From assembly GCA_950097015.1 (NCBI GenBank), contig CATNEN010000028.1, forward strand, positions 682,001 to 746,000: a DNA stretch of 64,000 nucleotides, in the 5' to 3' direction. The translations under genes and the position numbers were made by a program. Shown one piece after another: positions 32,006 to 45,635 of this stretch. Origin of the DNA: Macrostomum hystrix. Taxonomy: Eukaryota; Animalia; Platyhelminthes. How positions within the stretch are numbered: the stretch's first letter is position 1; each line of letters begins with the position of its first letter. The notes under the pieces are model-generated. The model was not told the origin of the DNA. It made no database searches and was given only the letters and a program-made list of their open reading frames with translations.

Positions 32006-34451
32006 CTAGCTGCCCTGCAGCTCTGGTCTCACATCCACCGACAATTTCTGTCCAGCCCTGAGCACAGTCAATCGTACAGTGACAGATGGGCTTGAGCTCT
32101 GCGTCTGCGTCGCCTTGGCAACCGCCCGGTGCAAATCGGAGACGCGGCGAATCGGCTCGCCGTCGGCGGCCAGAATGATGTCGTAGCTGGCCAAGCCGGC
32201 GCGCTGGGCAGGTGAGTCCGGGTGAACCGAATGCACCAGGACGCCTGTGTCGGCCACGTTGTCGCGACCGAAGACTCGCCTAGAGATGGCTGGAGTCAGA
32301 GACAGCAGAGTGAGGCCTAAGTAGACCTTCGGCCTGCTGATCAGCCGGCGCGATGTTGACAGGGCTTGATCAACAAAATTCTTGGCTTCGTCGATTGGAA
32401 TGGCGAAGCTGATGCCAGCGTCCGCTTTCAAAGTGTTGATGCCGATTGCCTGACGGGGGTGAATGGGTGAATGGGTGAATGGAATTAAAATTTAGATTAA
32501 AAAACTAAAAAGTCTTGTAATAAAATAATTCTACGCTCAAGATCTTAACAATCGGATGAGTTGAGTGACGAACTAAAAATTTTACCTCTATGGAGTGACG
32601 GACTCAAGATCTCACCTTTATGGAATGACAAACTCAAGATCTCACCTCTATGGAGCAATGGACTCAAGATCTTAACTATGGAGTGAAGTGACGGACTCGA
32701 GATCTTAACCATGGAGCAATAGACTCAAGATCTCAACTGTTGAGCAATGGACTCAAGATCTCAACTATGGAGCAATAGACTCAAGATCTCAACTATGGAG
32801 CAATAGACTCAAGATCTCAACTATGGAGCAATAGACTCAAGATCTCAACTATGGAGCAATAGACTCAAGATCTCAACTATGGAGCAATAGACTCAAGATC
32901 TCAACTGTGGAGCAATAGACTCAAAATCTCAACTGTGGAGCAATGGACTCAAGATCTTAACTATGGAGTGAAGTGACGGACTCAAGATCTTAACTGTGGA
33001 GCAATAGACTCAAGATCTCAACTATGGAGCAATAGACTCAAGATCTCAACTGTGGAGCAATGGACTCAAGATCTCAACTATGCAGTAATGGTCTCACACT
33101 GACGGATTGAAATCAGCAAATTAGCAGCACAATGGAACTGACTCACCTGTCCGTGCATGTCAACTAGTGGACCGCCAGAATTTCCAAACGTAATAGCCGC
33201 ATCAGTCTGCAAGTATTCAATATTGCTACCTGTGCCCAGATTCCTAGCCGTATTACTGAGTATACCAACTGTCACAGTGTTGCTAAGGGTCAGCGGCGAG
33301 CCAATAGCGATGACCCATTCGCCGGCGCGACATCGCTTCGATTGGCCGAGAGGCAGCACTGGGAGTCCGCTGGCGGCCACCTTCACTAGAGCCATGTCAC
33401 TCTCAGCGTCTATGGCCAATAGTTCGGCTGGCAACTCGCGGCCGTCAGTGAGGGTCACAACAAGACTGCCCTGTCATGCGCAAGGATGATAACAGTAGTG
33501 AGCAAGCATGTTGAATCTCTAAATTTAGGGCGAAATTTTATCACCGATTTAATTTGCGCTTTACTTTCACGCCTATTGTTAACAGTAGAAAGACAACGAG
33601 GTTATTTCAAATACCAAGGGGGAATTTACGATGAACTAACTTTCAATACCGTCCGAGTCAGCATCGTCGAGATATTGTGATTCAGAAAGTATTATTTCAT
33701 CGGATAGAGTGGAAAATTTTAAGCCCAGGTTTCTGCTTTAAAAAGCTCGGGATAACAGCAGCCATCGTCCCGAACGTTTTGCTTATAAACGTACATTTAT
33801 AAGCTAGACCAACCCGAATTTCTACCTAAATCTGGGTGAACTGAAGCAATTCAGTGGTAAGTGTCTTGCCAAAAGACGAATTTGTTCCAGGGAAGTCAGG
33901 AATCGAACCCCCGACCTTTCAAGTCGTGAGTCAGACGCTCTAACCACTATCTTGTTGCTTCTAACCTTGAACCGGCCAGCCACGTGAGCATTGGTGAGAA
34001 TGAGGCCATCTTCGCGAATGATGAACCCAGAGCCCTGAGAACTGGGCATGCCGAGCATCGAGTGCAGGGCCGTGCTGCCTTCGACCCGGATGTTGACGGC
34101 TGTGGGCGAGACCAGCTCAACCAGGTCGGCGATGTGATTGACGCTGGTTGGGGGAGTTGGACGACTCGGCGGATTAGCACTAGCCGCAGCAGCTGAGCTC
34201 ACATTGCTGACGGAGTTCTCTTGAGTGCCGCTGCCCAGGTGCCAGAGGGTCAGGCAGCAGCCGCCCAAGAAGCCGCCGCCAATGAGGGCGGCTCTGGTTG
34301 CCCATTGCCTGGCATTGCCTCTGCTGCGACCGTCAGTTGCATCAGGTTGAGACCTGATCGAGCTAATCAAACGAGTCAATTGAATAGGCCTGGCTCTATG
34401 GACTGCTAGCTGACGCGAGAGGCCAATAAGGCCCCGACTGGAAAGTGTCAA
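32006..34451 (-). CDS. HTRA2: HtrA2/Omi-like serine protease (presequence, TM, trypsin domain, PDZ); start exon not found
   Basis: Exons, phase 0: 34451-33966 (…IADLVELVSPTAVNI…GSGFII…LTNAHV, AAG|GTTAGA); 33470-33147 (SDMALVK…GEWVIAIGSPL…QTDAAITFGNSGGPLV); 32449-32006 (AIGINT…GISFAIP, PDZ). H/D/S triad intact. Confidence 0.9.
32595..33082. repeat. 28-bp minisatellite (ggagcaatagactcaagatctcaactat), intronic
   Basis: Tandem periodicity. Confidence 0.92.
33822..33950 (-). mobile_element. tRNA-derived CORE-like SINE (family B), 3'-truncated, intronic
   Basis: Minus strand: tagtggttagagcg (A box), ggttcgattcc (B box), ttggcaagacactta...gcttcagttcacccag. Homologous to 46760-47056. Confidence 0.8.
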
Positions 34452-34924
34452 CTATAGGGCGGGTTCAGCATTGGTTCAATTTCACTGGGTAGGAATATTC
34501 TATAACAGTTCACTTTGTAAGTCAGACATTGGTTGATGTATAAATACTTCCCCAATATGTTCAGTTTGGACAACATAAAGATTTCATATTTACCCGAAAG
34601 ATTTTAAGCGTGCTACAGTTTTATTAACACGAACTTTTTTATAAAAGCGATGTGAAACTAATATCTAAAGGCATTAAATATTCTAAAAAGCAGTCATCTT
34701 CTGCTATACTTTTAAGGTATTTTTTGTATCTTTAGAATAGGGCCCGACACTGTCAGTTTTATTAGATTGCATCGGTGCTTTTTCTCGCACGCGCGTGGGT
34801 TAGTACGAGTATATGGCGATAGTGATGTTGGTCTCTTGGCTGATTGAGTGATTTGATGTGAATAAGTAAAACGTACATAGCAGAAATTTATCGAGGGGAA
34901 GAATAAATTATAGATGAAAAGCAA

Positions 34925-35530
34925 AAGCATGAATTATCGACTGGAAAGCATGACTTATCGATGAAATAGTATGGATTATCGAGTGTTGAGCATAAATTAT
35001 TGAGAGGAAAGAATAAACTATTGTTGAAAAAGCATGATATATCGAGGGGGAAGCATAATTATCAAGGGGTAGCATGATTAATCAACTGGCTTGCATAAAT
35101 TATCGAGGGGTAAGCCTGAATTATCGATGGGGGAGCATGAATTATCGTGGGAAATCAAAAGAGGGGAATCATAAGCTATTGAGGGAAAGGCATTAATTTT
35201 TTAAAGGGGAAAATGAATTATTGATGAAAAAGCATTTTCTATTGAGAGGGTCGCATGGTTTAACGAGGCGGTAGCATGATATATTGAGACGTAAGCATTT
35301 TTTTCAAAATGGTAGCACGATTTACAAGGGATAGCATGATTAACTAAGGGTGTAGCATAAATTATTTACTGGACAACAAATTTTATCGAGGAAACAGCAA
35401 GTATTAGTGAGGGAACTTGATCAAATGTTGAGAGTGGCACAATTTATTGTGGGGGTAGCATAAATTATCAAGGAGGTAGCATGCTTTGTCGAGGGATAGC
35501 ATGATATATCAAAGGGGTAGCTTGATTTAT
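34925..35530. repeat. Degenerate ~20-bp tandem repeat (ttatcgagggga agcatgaa-like)
   Basis: Recurrent agcat...ttatcgaggg motifs, strongly diverged. Confidence 0.7.
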
Positions 35531-38091
35531 GGAGTAGATATTAAGAAAAGATAAACAGAGTAGTGAAGTTGCATATTTAAAATTATTATTCTTCTCAGGG
35601 CTGTAAAGCATGACTTTCTTCTCCCAAAGGGGGTCTTGGTTGCTAGTCCTATAGCTATATTCTGTGATATAAAAATTTAAACAGGGATGTACCAATGAAA
35701 GTGGAACAACTGGGACCATAGTTGATTTCCTATTCTGTTTAATTCAGAATTAGTGAGTAAAACATACATACTACTGAATAATATAATATGGTCTATAAAC
35801 TTAAAGATAATGAGTGTACTGACAAAATAAATAAATAAATAAGTTGCTTTGTACAATCTATGTGGAACATAGCTATTTCTAAATCTTAGCAGGTCATTAA
35901 TAAAAAACAAAATAGAGTATAGGGTAAATATATATATAGTTTGTAATTATATTTATAAATAAAAATTAGCACATTATCAACATAACACATAAGATAATTA
36001 GAAGAGGGATAGAGCATTGAATTATATAGCTGCTACAGAAATAGCAAAAGTTAAAACAAAAACCACATGACAATTTTTTAATCTCTATAAGATTATGATT
36101 GTCAATATTACTTAAATTGTGAATATTTGTAACCAAAGTGGCTGCAACTACAGTGGATTGCAGTCATCCTTAACCTTAGTAATAGTAGATATTTAGAAAA
36201 CATTTATATAGGATAATAGGCCTATTAGTTATATTTTAGAAGTAGGGCACAATACCATTATACCAAAGCTTAGAGAAATCTCAAATTTAAATGACTAAAT
36301 TAAGACAAATAGTATTTTATAAATAAATAACAGGATTCATTACAAAAAGCGCTTAAATTATGCTCCTGGGGTTATGCAACTTTTTTAAGTTGAATGGGCC
36401 TAGCTTTATGAATATATAGCTATAATTATGCAACCAGTCACCAGTGGACTAGGGAAGACATGCCAATCACTAGACAGTGTTCAAAATGACAATAACTTGC
36501 TTGTAGCTTATGAAATATTTTAGGCTTAAAAAGCGAAGTTCTATTGTAAAATAGTTGAGACGTAACAAGATTTATGGGCAAAAAATCTTTCACGTATTAT
36601 GTCTCAATGATCATTTATCTTACAAAAAAGCAAAAAAATGTAAAAAAATGCTCGAAAATCTTTCGAGCATCGCATCGAGATCGCCATGTTATATAAAGTT
36701 AATTGCTAACTTTTAAATAACACTAAAGCGAATTGATATGAGACTACAAACATTGTCTGCAATTAATATGGGGTGCCCTATCACGTGTTGAGTCGAAGAA
36801 AATGACGAAATCAAATATATTGCGGATCACGTTCTTGGAAATCAAGCATTATAAGTATATTGCCTATTTCATTTGATGACATGGGGCAAAAAAATCTCAT
36901 AACTTTCGAATTTCGAATGTATAATTTCAATATTGATTATTTTCTTAGATATTGGTTAAACTGTAAACAACGAACAAGAAACAGACTTATTGGTTCTGCA
37001 TGTACACATTATCATCATTTGTAAATACAAATACCTATTTATCTAAGTGTACCTGTCTAAAGTCAAGATGCATTGACTTGGCATCTTAACCAGTCAAATA
37101 CTTTATACATGATGTCGTCATACATATATGATGTCGTCAAACAGTCACCAATCGTTGATGTTTGTTTATAAAAAATATTTTTCTTTCTATCCATGCAACT
37201 GCGATTTATTTATTTCTTAATGCGCTTAGGATTAAGTATCGATCGTCAAGCTAAGTATCTTGAGTTCCACAAAGCAAAATAAAGCTACTGCTTGTTGATG
37301 CATGCAGCGATCGTATTATGAAATTATTTGCCATGACCTGGTTATCTTGCGGGAGTATACATTTCTGTCTTAAATAAGGAGCACACTATACTAGCTTCAA
37401 TCACTTCACGACTCAATCACTTACTCAGCCGGCCACTATAACAATCTCAGTGTCTTATAAAGCTATCAGGTAAAATACCTCGTATGTGCCATGCATTCTC
37501 CGGCACTTATTGATTCCGCCTGGATCGAAATAAAGTTTTTTGCTGCAACTCCGTATATTGGCCTGTAAAAGCATTAGCTAGGATAAAGAAAAAGAGAAAA
37601 CCTTCAATGCCAATTTCACCAAGTTGTCCATAATTGCATAAGGATTGTTGATTGACTGTTTGCTTTAAAGTGAAACATTCCTGAGGCCTAGCCTATTAAT
37701 ACCTGTATGTACTTGAATTCTCTCTCCCTTTATTCTATACTAAAATTACATATTCTATACTAAAATACACATGGATGCAACATGAACTCCGAGTGTGAAG
37801 TGGCCTTCCAAGAAAATGCAAATTTACTCTAATACGCAAATACAGACGCTTCCCAAAGAGAGAATTATAGTCATTTATAGACCTTTATCAAAAAAGATTC
37901 GCTTTGAAGTGGCTCAATCTAGACTGAGTATGATACATGTTTCCAATTCAATTGCCAATGCAGGCAAAAGTTTATGCTAAGATAGGCCCTATTCTCAACA
38001 TGCTTATGCTAGGCCTATGCTTCAACAATCACGCTGCATGGTTCCTTCGTTGGAACTTTGAGCCAAAAATATTTCAATTTCTATTTCTATT

Positions 38092-38405
38092 TTGATTCTG
38101 GCAAGCTCTGACATTCCTATACAGATTCTGGCAAGCTCTGACATTTCTATATACTGATTCTAGCAAGCTCTGACATTTCTATATACTGATTCTGGCAAGC
38201 TCTGACATCTATATACTGATTCTGGCAAGCTCTGACATCTATATACTGATTCTGGCAAGCTCTGACATCTATATACTGATTCTGGCAAGCTCTGACATCT
38301 CAATACTGATTCTGGCAAGCTGACATTTCTATATTCTGATTCTGGCAAGCTCTGATATTTCTATATTCTGATTCTGCATGGCAAGCTCTGACATTTCTCT
38401 ACCGA
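38092..38405. repeat. 30-bp minisatellite (ctgattctggcaagctctgacatctatata)
   Basis: Tandem periodicity. Confidence 0.9.
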
Positions 38406-38946
38406 TTCTAATAATTTCCGATTGTTCCTTAAACGTAGTTAGTACTATACTTTGACTAAGAGATACGAGCTATTATTTTTCAAAAGCAAAAGACACAGTG
38501 ACTAAGGATTGCTGCTTCGCGGTAACAGGGCTGTGCGAGCACTGGTTTGAATTTATCCGCGTTGCGTGGTTTCGCGTGGCGATATTCCTAAAAATAATGA
38601 TTGCCCAAACAGCTGAGAGGCCTTCCTGAAAATCCCAAACCTCAGCCTCCTCATTTGCGATCCCAGTCAACAAGCCCCTCGGGGCTGTTCCTAATTTTCT
38701 ACATTCGAGAATCTGATCCTCTCTCTTGTCTTTCACAGCAGCGATAATAGCCAGAGGCATTTTACTAATAAAAAAATATTATAATTCAGGTCCGATATTG
38801 ACTAAGACTCCGCTGTAGAGTGTGGGCTAGTTTTTTTATTTTTCGTTTTTGTTATACTCGTCAAACTCCTTTTAATTGTCGTCGTACTAGTATATTCGTT
38901 ATACTTGTTAGACTTGTTCAATAAATTGTTCTGCTTTAAAAAAATG

Positions 38947-40018
38947 GTGTCACTCTGTCACCATGTCACTCTGTCACCATGTCACCATGTCACTCTGTCA
39001 CCATGTCACTCTGTCACCATGTCACCATGTCACTCTGTCACCATGTCACTCTGTCACCATGTCACTCTGTCACCATGTCACTCTGTCACCATGTCACTCT
39101 GTCACCATGTCACTCTGTCACCATGTCACTCTGTCACCATGTCACTCTGTCACCATGTCACCATGTCACTCTGTCACCATGTCACTCTGTCACTCTGTCA
39201 CCATGTCACTCTGTCACCATGTCACTCTGTCACCATGTCACTCTGTCACCATGTCACTCTGTCACCATGTCACTCTGTCACCATGTCACTCTGTCACCAT
39301 GTCACTCTGTCACCATGTCACTCTGTCACCATGTCACTCTGTCACCATGTCACTCTGTCACCATGTCACTCTGTCACCATGTCACTCTGTCACCATGTCA
39401 CTCTGTCACCATGTCACTCTGTCACCATGTCACTCTGTCACCATGTCACTCTGTCACCATGTCACTCTGTCACCATGTCACTCTGTCACCATGTCACTCT
39501 GTCACCATGTCACTCTGTCACCATGTCACTCTGTCACCATGTCACTCTGTCACCATGTCACTCTGTCACCATGTCACTCTGTCACCATGTCACTCTGTCA
39601 CCATGTCACTCTGTCACCATGTCACTCTGTCACCATGTCACCATGTCACTCTGTCACCATGTCACTCTGTCACCATGTCACTCTGTCACCATGTCACTCT
39701 GTCACCATGTCACTCTGTCACCATGTCACTCTGTCACCATGTCACTCTGTCACCATGTCACTCTGTCACCATGTCACTCTGTCACCATGTCACTCTGTCA
39801 CCATGTCACTCTGTCACCATGTCACTCTGTCACCATGTCACTCTGTCACCATGTCACTCTGTCACCATGTCACTCTGTCACCATGTCACTCTGTCACCAT
39901 GTCACCATGTCACTCTGTCACCATGTCACTCTGTCACCATGTCACTCTGTCACCATGTCACTCTGTCACCATGTCACTCTGTCACCATGTCACTCTGTCA
40001 CCATGTCACTCTGTCACT
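38947..40018. repeat. 16-bp minisatellite (gtcaccatgtcactct), highly homogeneous
   Basis: Tandem periodicity. Confidence 0.96.
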
Positions 40019-40840
40019 TCAGTGCATCTCCACCTCTAAGTGATCAGAGGTTTCCAATAAACACGCACCAATGCATTCAAAAGTGCTCCCCCTGCAAGCA
40101 ATGGTTTCAGTCAGTTCTACCCCAAGCGCAGATGTACTTATCCAGAGTGCAGAATCCAGCTCCATCATATGCGAGCTGCCCGGAGGCTGCATTTACAGAT
40201 TTCCTCACCAATAGGTATGAGCGACACTGGATTTGCCGTTCTCAAAACTATGCAGAAATCGCCATCTGAAGTACTCAAACACGGCAGCTGGTATTGAGAT
40301 TATGCTCCGGGCAACCTCAAGGTGTGATGTGAACACCCACGTGATATTTTCGCTACCCCCCAAAGCGTCAGATCTGCAGCATCAAATCCAAAGCCCATTG
40401 CTGCTTCTAGAAGCAGGACAGAAGCTGGCACAACAGGAGCAACAGGGAGGGGGTCCTTCTTCAGTTTTCCTTCTCTGCCACTCGTTCAGACATCCCAAAA
40501 CGGGCGGTTTGTCGCGGCCTTCTCCGGGGAAATTAGGAAACTTGACTTTGGCAAGTGGTGCCAAAAGAACCTGTTCCCCATTCCCTTATTGCATTTCATC
40601 CCAAAAGATGTAGTCCTCTCAAGCAATAGTACTCCCATACCCCCCTAGCGCCCAGGACTTTCATTCTCCAATTCCTGATTGGCTGGATTTGCTTCTCGAA
40701 TTGGACTTTAGCGATCCAGCGTTCCACTCACGGCATCGGTCAACTAGCAGCGAGTCTATTTAGCTATTACAGAACCCCGGACCTTATCAGACAGCGGCAA
40801 CAATTAACAGAAGCCAAATAAAAAGCAGACTTAAAAACAG

Positions 40841-41434
40841 ATGCAAAACTTGCCAGCCGTAGCAACAGGCGGTCCCGCGAATCGCACAATGCTCCCAGCC
40901 AGAGTTGCTCCTTCAACAGATGCTGACTCATCATCGCCCAGTCGACTTCAACTAGCCTTCAATGGCCGACGCCTGATTTCGTTCGACGAGTTGTACAAGT
41001 ACTACAGGTACGACGGTGTCAAGTCGCGAATCGACCAACTGGACTACGATCCGTGGGACGGCCTGAGAACTGCCGGAATTCTGGCTGCCCTGATGGCTCT
41101 CATGGCACTGGGCATGACAGTCTGCCACCTGCGGGCCAGATCGCGGACTAGACGAGACGCTGCCACCGCAGCCGCCGAGTCAGCTGACGCCGCCGCTGCA
41201 GCCATCTCCGAGGCCGCTGAGGCCGCATCTTGGCTGGCTGCGACCGCGCCGTCGACGCCACCGCCGATGCCGCCGTCTCCAACGCCGCCATCGCGCCCCG
41301 ACTGTTCAAGGGTGACTCTGGCCATGCCGGAGGATGACGCCGACATCAATGATGACGAAGCTGATGCCACCGCGGCAATGCTACCAACCAAACCCAGATG
41401 CGATGCCGCTGTTGATATGGGCAGAATTTTATAA
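40841..41434 (+). CDS. Intronless single-pass membrane protein, 197 aa, unknown function
   Basis: GC-rich non-repetitive ORF with ATG. YDPWDGLRTAGILAALMALMALGMTVC is one hydrophobic helix, followed by a basic stretch and an Ala/Pro/Asp-rich tail. Confidence 0.7.
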   Translation: MQNLPAVATGGPANRTMLPARVAPSTDADSSSPSRLQLAFNGRRLISFDELYKYYRYDGVKSRIDQLDYDPWDGLRTAGILAALMALMALGMTVCHLRARSRTRRDAATAAAESADAAAAAISEAAEAASWLAATAPSTPPPMPPSPTPPSRPDCSRVTLAMPEDDADINDDEADATAAMLPTKPRCDAAVDMGRIL

Positions 41435-41617
41435 TTTTCCTTATTAAATATTTCAATCATCTGACAAGTCCTGGCTTTCTGTCTTCCCAGTTTCACTTCA
41501 TACCCCAAAGTCCGTAAAATGCATGATTTAGTCTCCATGACCAACTCAATTTTGTTCTATTTAGTTTGAGAATCATCCCTAGCTATACTTGCTATCCGCA
41601 ATACAAGTTAATGATAG

Positions 41618-42220
41618 TGAACAGTTCAGTGTGAGTAGTAGAGTGAGCAGTTCAGTGTGAGTAGGAGAGTGACCAGTTCAGTGTGAGTAGTAGAGTGACC
41701 AGTTCAGTGTGAGTAGGAGAGTGACCAGTTCAGTGTGAGTAGGAGAGTGAGCAGTTTAGTGTGAGTAGTAGAGTGAGCAGTTCAGTGTGAGTAGGAGAGT
41801 GAGCAGTTCAGTGTGAGTAGGAGAGTGAGCAGTTCAGTGTGAGTAGGAGAGTGAGCAGTTTAGTGTGAGTAGGAGAGTGAACAGTTCAGTGTGAGTAGGA
41901 GAGTGAGCAGTTCAGTGTGAGTAGGAGAGTGAGCAGTTCAGTGTGAGTAGGAGAGTGAGCAGTTCAGTGTGAGTAGGAGAGTGAGCAGTTCAGTGTGAGT
42001 AGGAGAGTGAGCAGTTCAGTGTGAGTAGGAGAGTGAACAGTTCAGTGTGAGTAGTAGAGTGAGCAGTTCAGTGTGAGTAGGAGAGTGAGCAGTTCAGTGT
42101 GAGTAGGAGAGTGAACAGTTCAGTGTGAGTAGGAGAGTGACCAGTTCAGTGTGAGTAGGAGAGTGAGCAGTTCAGTGTGAGTAGGAGAGTGAGCAGTTTA
42201 GTGTGAGTAGGAGAGTGAAG
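41618..42220. repeat. 24-bp minisatellite (gagtgagcagttcagtgtgagtag)
   Basis: Tandem periodicity. Confidence 0.95.
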
Positions 42221-42812
42221 AGTTTATGCTTACTTCGGTGTCTAAATTTAAGTTCAATTCTAGGATTTAAATAAAAAGCAAAATATTTTACTAGATTGAA
42301 CTCGGTCCGCACACCTATATACTGAGGCGTCACCGCTAGGCTAAATGAAAGGTAAAACATCCCTCACGCAGGGAACAAGCCATCAGGATGCAGTCGCTGC
42401 TGCTGCTTCCGCGCGCGTGTCCATCAATAGTCAGGGGCAGAGTAGGAGACCCATTGGTCAGATAGGAGTAAGAAATGTGAGGATTGAAAGCATACAAAAA
42501 AACTTTTCCTCTATGTCGAATGCAACAAGTTTTTTTCTACTTCTTTTTTGGTCTCAACTGTACTAGCCACTGTCTGCTTGCAAAAGCGAGAGATGAGACG
42601 AGAAGCCCTTTAAAAAATTGCCTCTTGTGTTGAGAGGTTACGCAGGGGCCGAGTGCTGCGGCTTCCAATGGTCAGAGATTTCTGCCCTAAAAGATAGAAA
42701 GACAGACTCCTCGTATCCTGCAACCCTGTGCTCAAGCCATCGGCTCTAAAGACAAGAATACCGAATTAGAATATAGTAAGGCTTTACTTGGCAATCAGAA
42801 ATCCTGTTTCTG

Positions 42813-43300
42813 TAGACAGTTTGGGGATTTCTTGATAAAGACAGTTTGGGGATTTCTTGATAAAGACAGTTTGGGGATTTCTCGATGAAGACAGTTTGGG
42901 GATTTCTTGATGAAGACAGTGTAGGGATTTCTCGATGAAGACAGTTTGGGGATTTCTTGATGAAGACAGTGTAGGGATTTCTCGATGAAGACAGTTTGGG
43001 GATTTCTTGATAAAGACAGTGTACGGGATTTCTTGATAAAGACAGTGTAGGGGATTTCTTGATAAAGACAGTTTGGGGATTTCAAGTGATAAAGACAGTT
43101 TGGGGATTTCTCGATGAAGACAGTTTGGGGATTTCTCGATGAAGACAGTTTGGGGATTTCTCGATGAAGACAGTTTGGGGATTTCTCGATGAAGACAGTT
43201 TGGGGATTTCTCGATGAAGACAGTTTGGGGATTTCTCGATGAAGACAGTTTGGGGATTTCTCGATGAAGACAGTTTGGGGATTTCTCGATGAAGACAGTT
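42813..43300. repeat. 25-bp minisatellite (tttggggatttctcgatgaagacag)
   Basis: Tandem periodicity. Confidence 0.94.
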
Positions 43301-43891
43301 CCGGGAGTTAAATAAACCAGAATAGATGTGTGTAACTCATATTTAAGATTTATAAAAAACGAGTATTTCGGGTAAGGATTTATTATAGTACTAAGACCAC
43401 GCTATTTCCCCTGGGGAAAGACCATGGGGATATTTTAAATACCCGCTGCCTACTTTGAATATTACGAAAGACACAGAAAATTAGAATAATTTGTGTATTT
43501 TAGCTCGTATACACCACACGTGCTTATTCTACTGTTGAAGAGGTTATTCAGGTGGAAAAGCAGTTCCGACACTTTGTTGATGAAGATGGTGCGAATTCAT
43601 GAAATAATTGATGAACGTGATAAGAAACGAACTCCTAACTGCGTGTCTTATCTCTTAGCTTTGATCACATGCCGGATTTCCGAATTATGTGCCCTACATG
43701 ACAAAGGAGGACCTGATTCTTATACAAACACAATAGCCATTTTGAGTTGAACATTATTGTATACTTTTTATCTCAACTAGAACTCATTGTTAGCTAATTC
43801 ATTCACAGAAAGCGGCAAAGCCTTCGTCAGTCAGTCAGTCACAATGCAACCCTGCATCTGCCCTGAGGAGACGGATGCAATGCCATCAAAC

Positions 43892-45526
43892 ACTCTCTGC
43901 CAGTTGAGCACTCTCTATCAGCTGAGCACTCTCTGCCAGTTCAGCACTCTCTATCAGTTGAACACTGCCAGTTGAGCACTCTCTGCCAGTTGAGCACTCT
44001 CTATCAGTTGAGCACTCTCTATCAGTTGAACACTGCCAGTTGAGCACTCTCTGCCAGTTGAGCACTCTCTATCAGTTGAGCACTGCCAGTTGAGCACTCT
44101 CTGCCAGTTCAGCACTCTCTGTCAGCTGAGCACTCTCTGCCAGTTGAGCACTCTCTATCAGCTGAGCACTCTCTGCCAGTTCAGCACTCTCTATCAGTTG
44201 AGCACTGCCAGTTCAGCACTCTCTGCCAGTTGAGCACTCTCTGCCAGTTGAGCACTCTCTATCAGCTGAGCACTCTCTATCAGCTGAGCACTCTCTGCCA
44301 GTTCAGCACTCTCTGCCAGTTGAGCACTCTCTGCCAGTTCAGCACTCTCTGTCAGCTGAGCACTCTCTGCCAGTTGAGCACTCTCTATCAGCTGAGCACT
44401 CTCTGCCAGTTGAGCACTCTCTATCAGCTGAGCACTCTCTGCCAGTTCAGCACTCTCTGTCAGCTGAGCACTCTCTGCCAGTTGAGCACTCTCTGTCAGC
44501 TGAGCACTCTGCCAGTTGAGCACTCTCTGCCAGTTCAGCACTCTCTGTCAGCTGAGCACTCTCTGCCAGTTGAGCACTCTCTGCCAGTTGAGCACTCTCT
44601 GCCAGTTGAGCACTCTCTGCCAGTTCAGCACTCTCTGCCAGTTGAGCACTCTCTATCAGCTGAGCACTCTCTGCCAGTTCAGCACTCTCTGCCAGTTGAG
44701 CACTCTCTGCCAGTTCAGCACTCTCTGTCAGCTGAGCACTCTCTGCCAGTTGAGCACTCTCTATCAGCTGAGCACTCTCTGCCAGTTGAGCAATCTCTAT
44801 CAGCTGAGCACTCTCTGCCAGTTCAGCACTCTCTGTCAGCTGAGCACTCTCTGCCAGTTGAGCACTCTCTGTCAGCTGAGCACTCTGCCAGTTGAGCACT
44901 CTCTGCCAGTTCAGCACTCTCTGTCAGCTGAGCACTCTCTGTCAGCTGAGCACTCTCTGTCAGCTGAGCACTCTCTGCCAGTTGAGCACTCTTTGCCAGT
45001 TGAGCACTCTCTGTCAGCTGAGCACTCTCTGACAGTTGAGCACTCTCTGCCAGTTGAGCACTGCCAGTTGAGCACTCTCTGCCAGTTGGGCACTGCCAGT
45101 TGAGCACTCTCTGCCAGTTGAGCACTGCCAGTTGAGCACTCTCTGTCAGCTGAGCACTCTCTGCCCAGCTGAGCCTTTGTCAATACAGTCAGTCAGTCAC
45201 AATGCAACCCTGCATCTTCCCTGAGGAGACGGATGCAATGCCATCAAACACTCTCTGCCAGTTCAGCACTCTCTGTCAGCTGAGCACTCTCTGCCAGTTG
45301 AGCACTGCCAGTTGAGCACTCTCTGCGAGTTGAGCACTCTCTATCAGTTGAGCACTGCCAGTTGAGCACTCTCTGTCAGCTGAGCACTCTCTGCCAGTTG
45401 AGCACTCTCTGCCAGTTGAGCACTCTCTGTCAGCTGAGCACCCTCTGTCAGTTGAGCACTCTCTGCCAGTCGAGCACTCTCTGTCAGCTGAGCACTCTCT
45501 GTCAGCTGAGCACTCTCTGCCAGTTG
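43892..45526. repeat. 18-bp minisatellite (gttgagcactctctgcca and variants), split by a duplicated unique leader
   Basis: Tandem periodicity. The leader cagtcacaatgcaaccctgcatc...ccatcaaa occurs at about 43830 and 45190. Confidence 0.94.
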
Positions 45527-45635
45527 ATTTCACTTCCCGGAAATTCGACATAACTTCCCGGACTTCATATTGTAAAAATCTTTCAAATCAACAAGCAAAT
45601 ATTTAAAAGTACATCTGAACTTGTCAACTCGTCAG

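Noticed and set aside
38473-40620. Non-repetitive ORFs at 38473-38760 and 40233-40613
   Set aside because: No recognisable motifs and frequent stops in neighbouring frames; possibly decayed TE sequence, but unsupported.
43826-45530. Leader plus repeats as a CRISPR-like array
   Set aside because: Units are contiguous with no unique spacers, the context is eukaryotic, and there are no cas genes.
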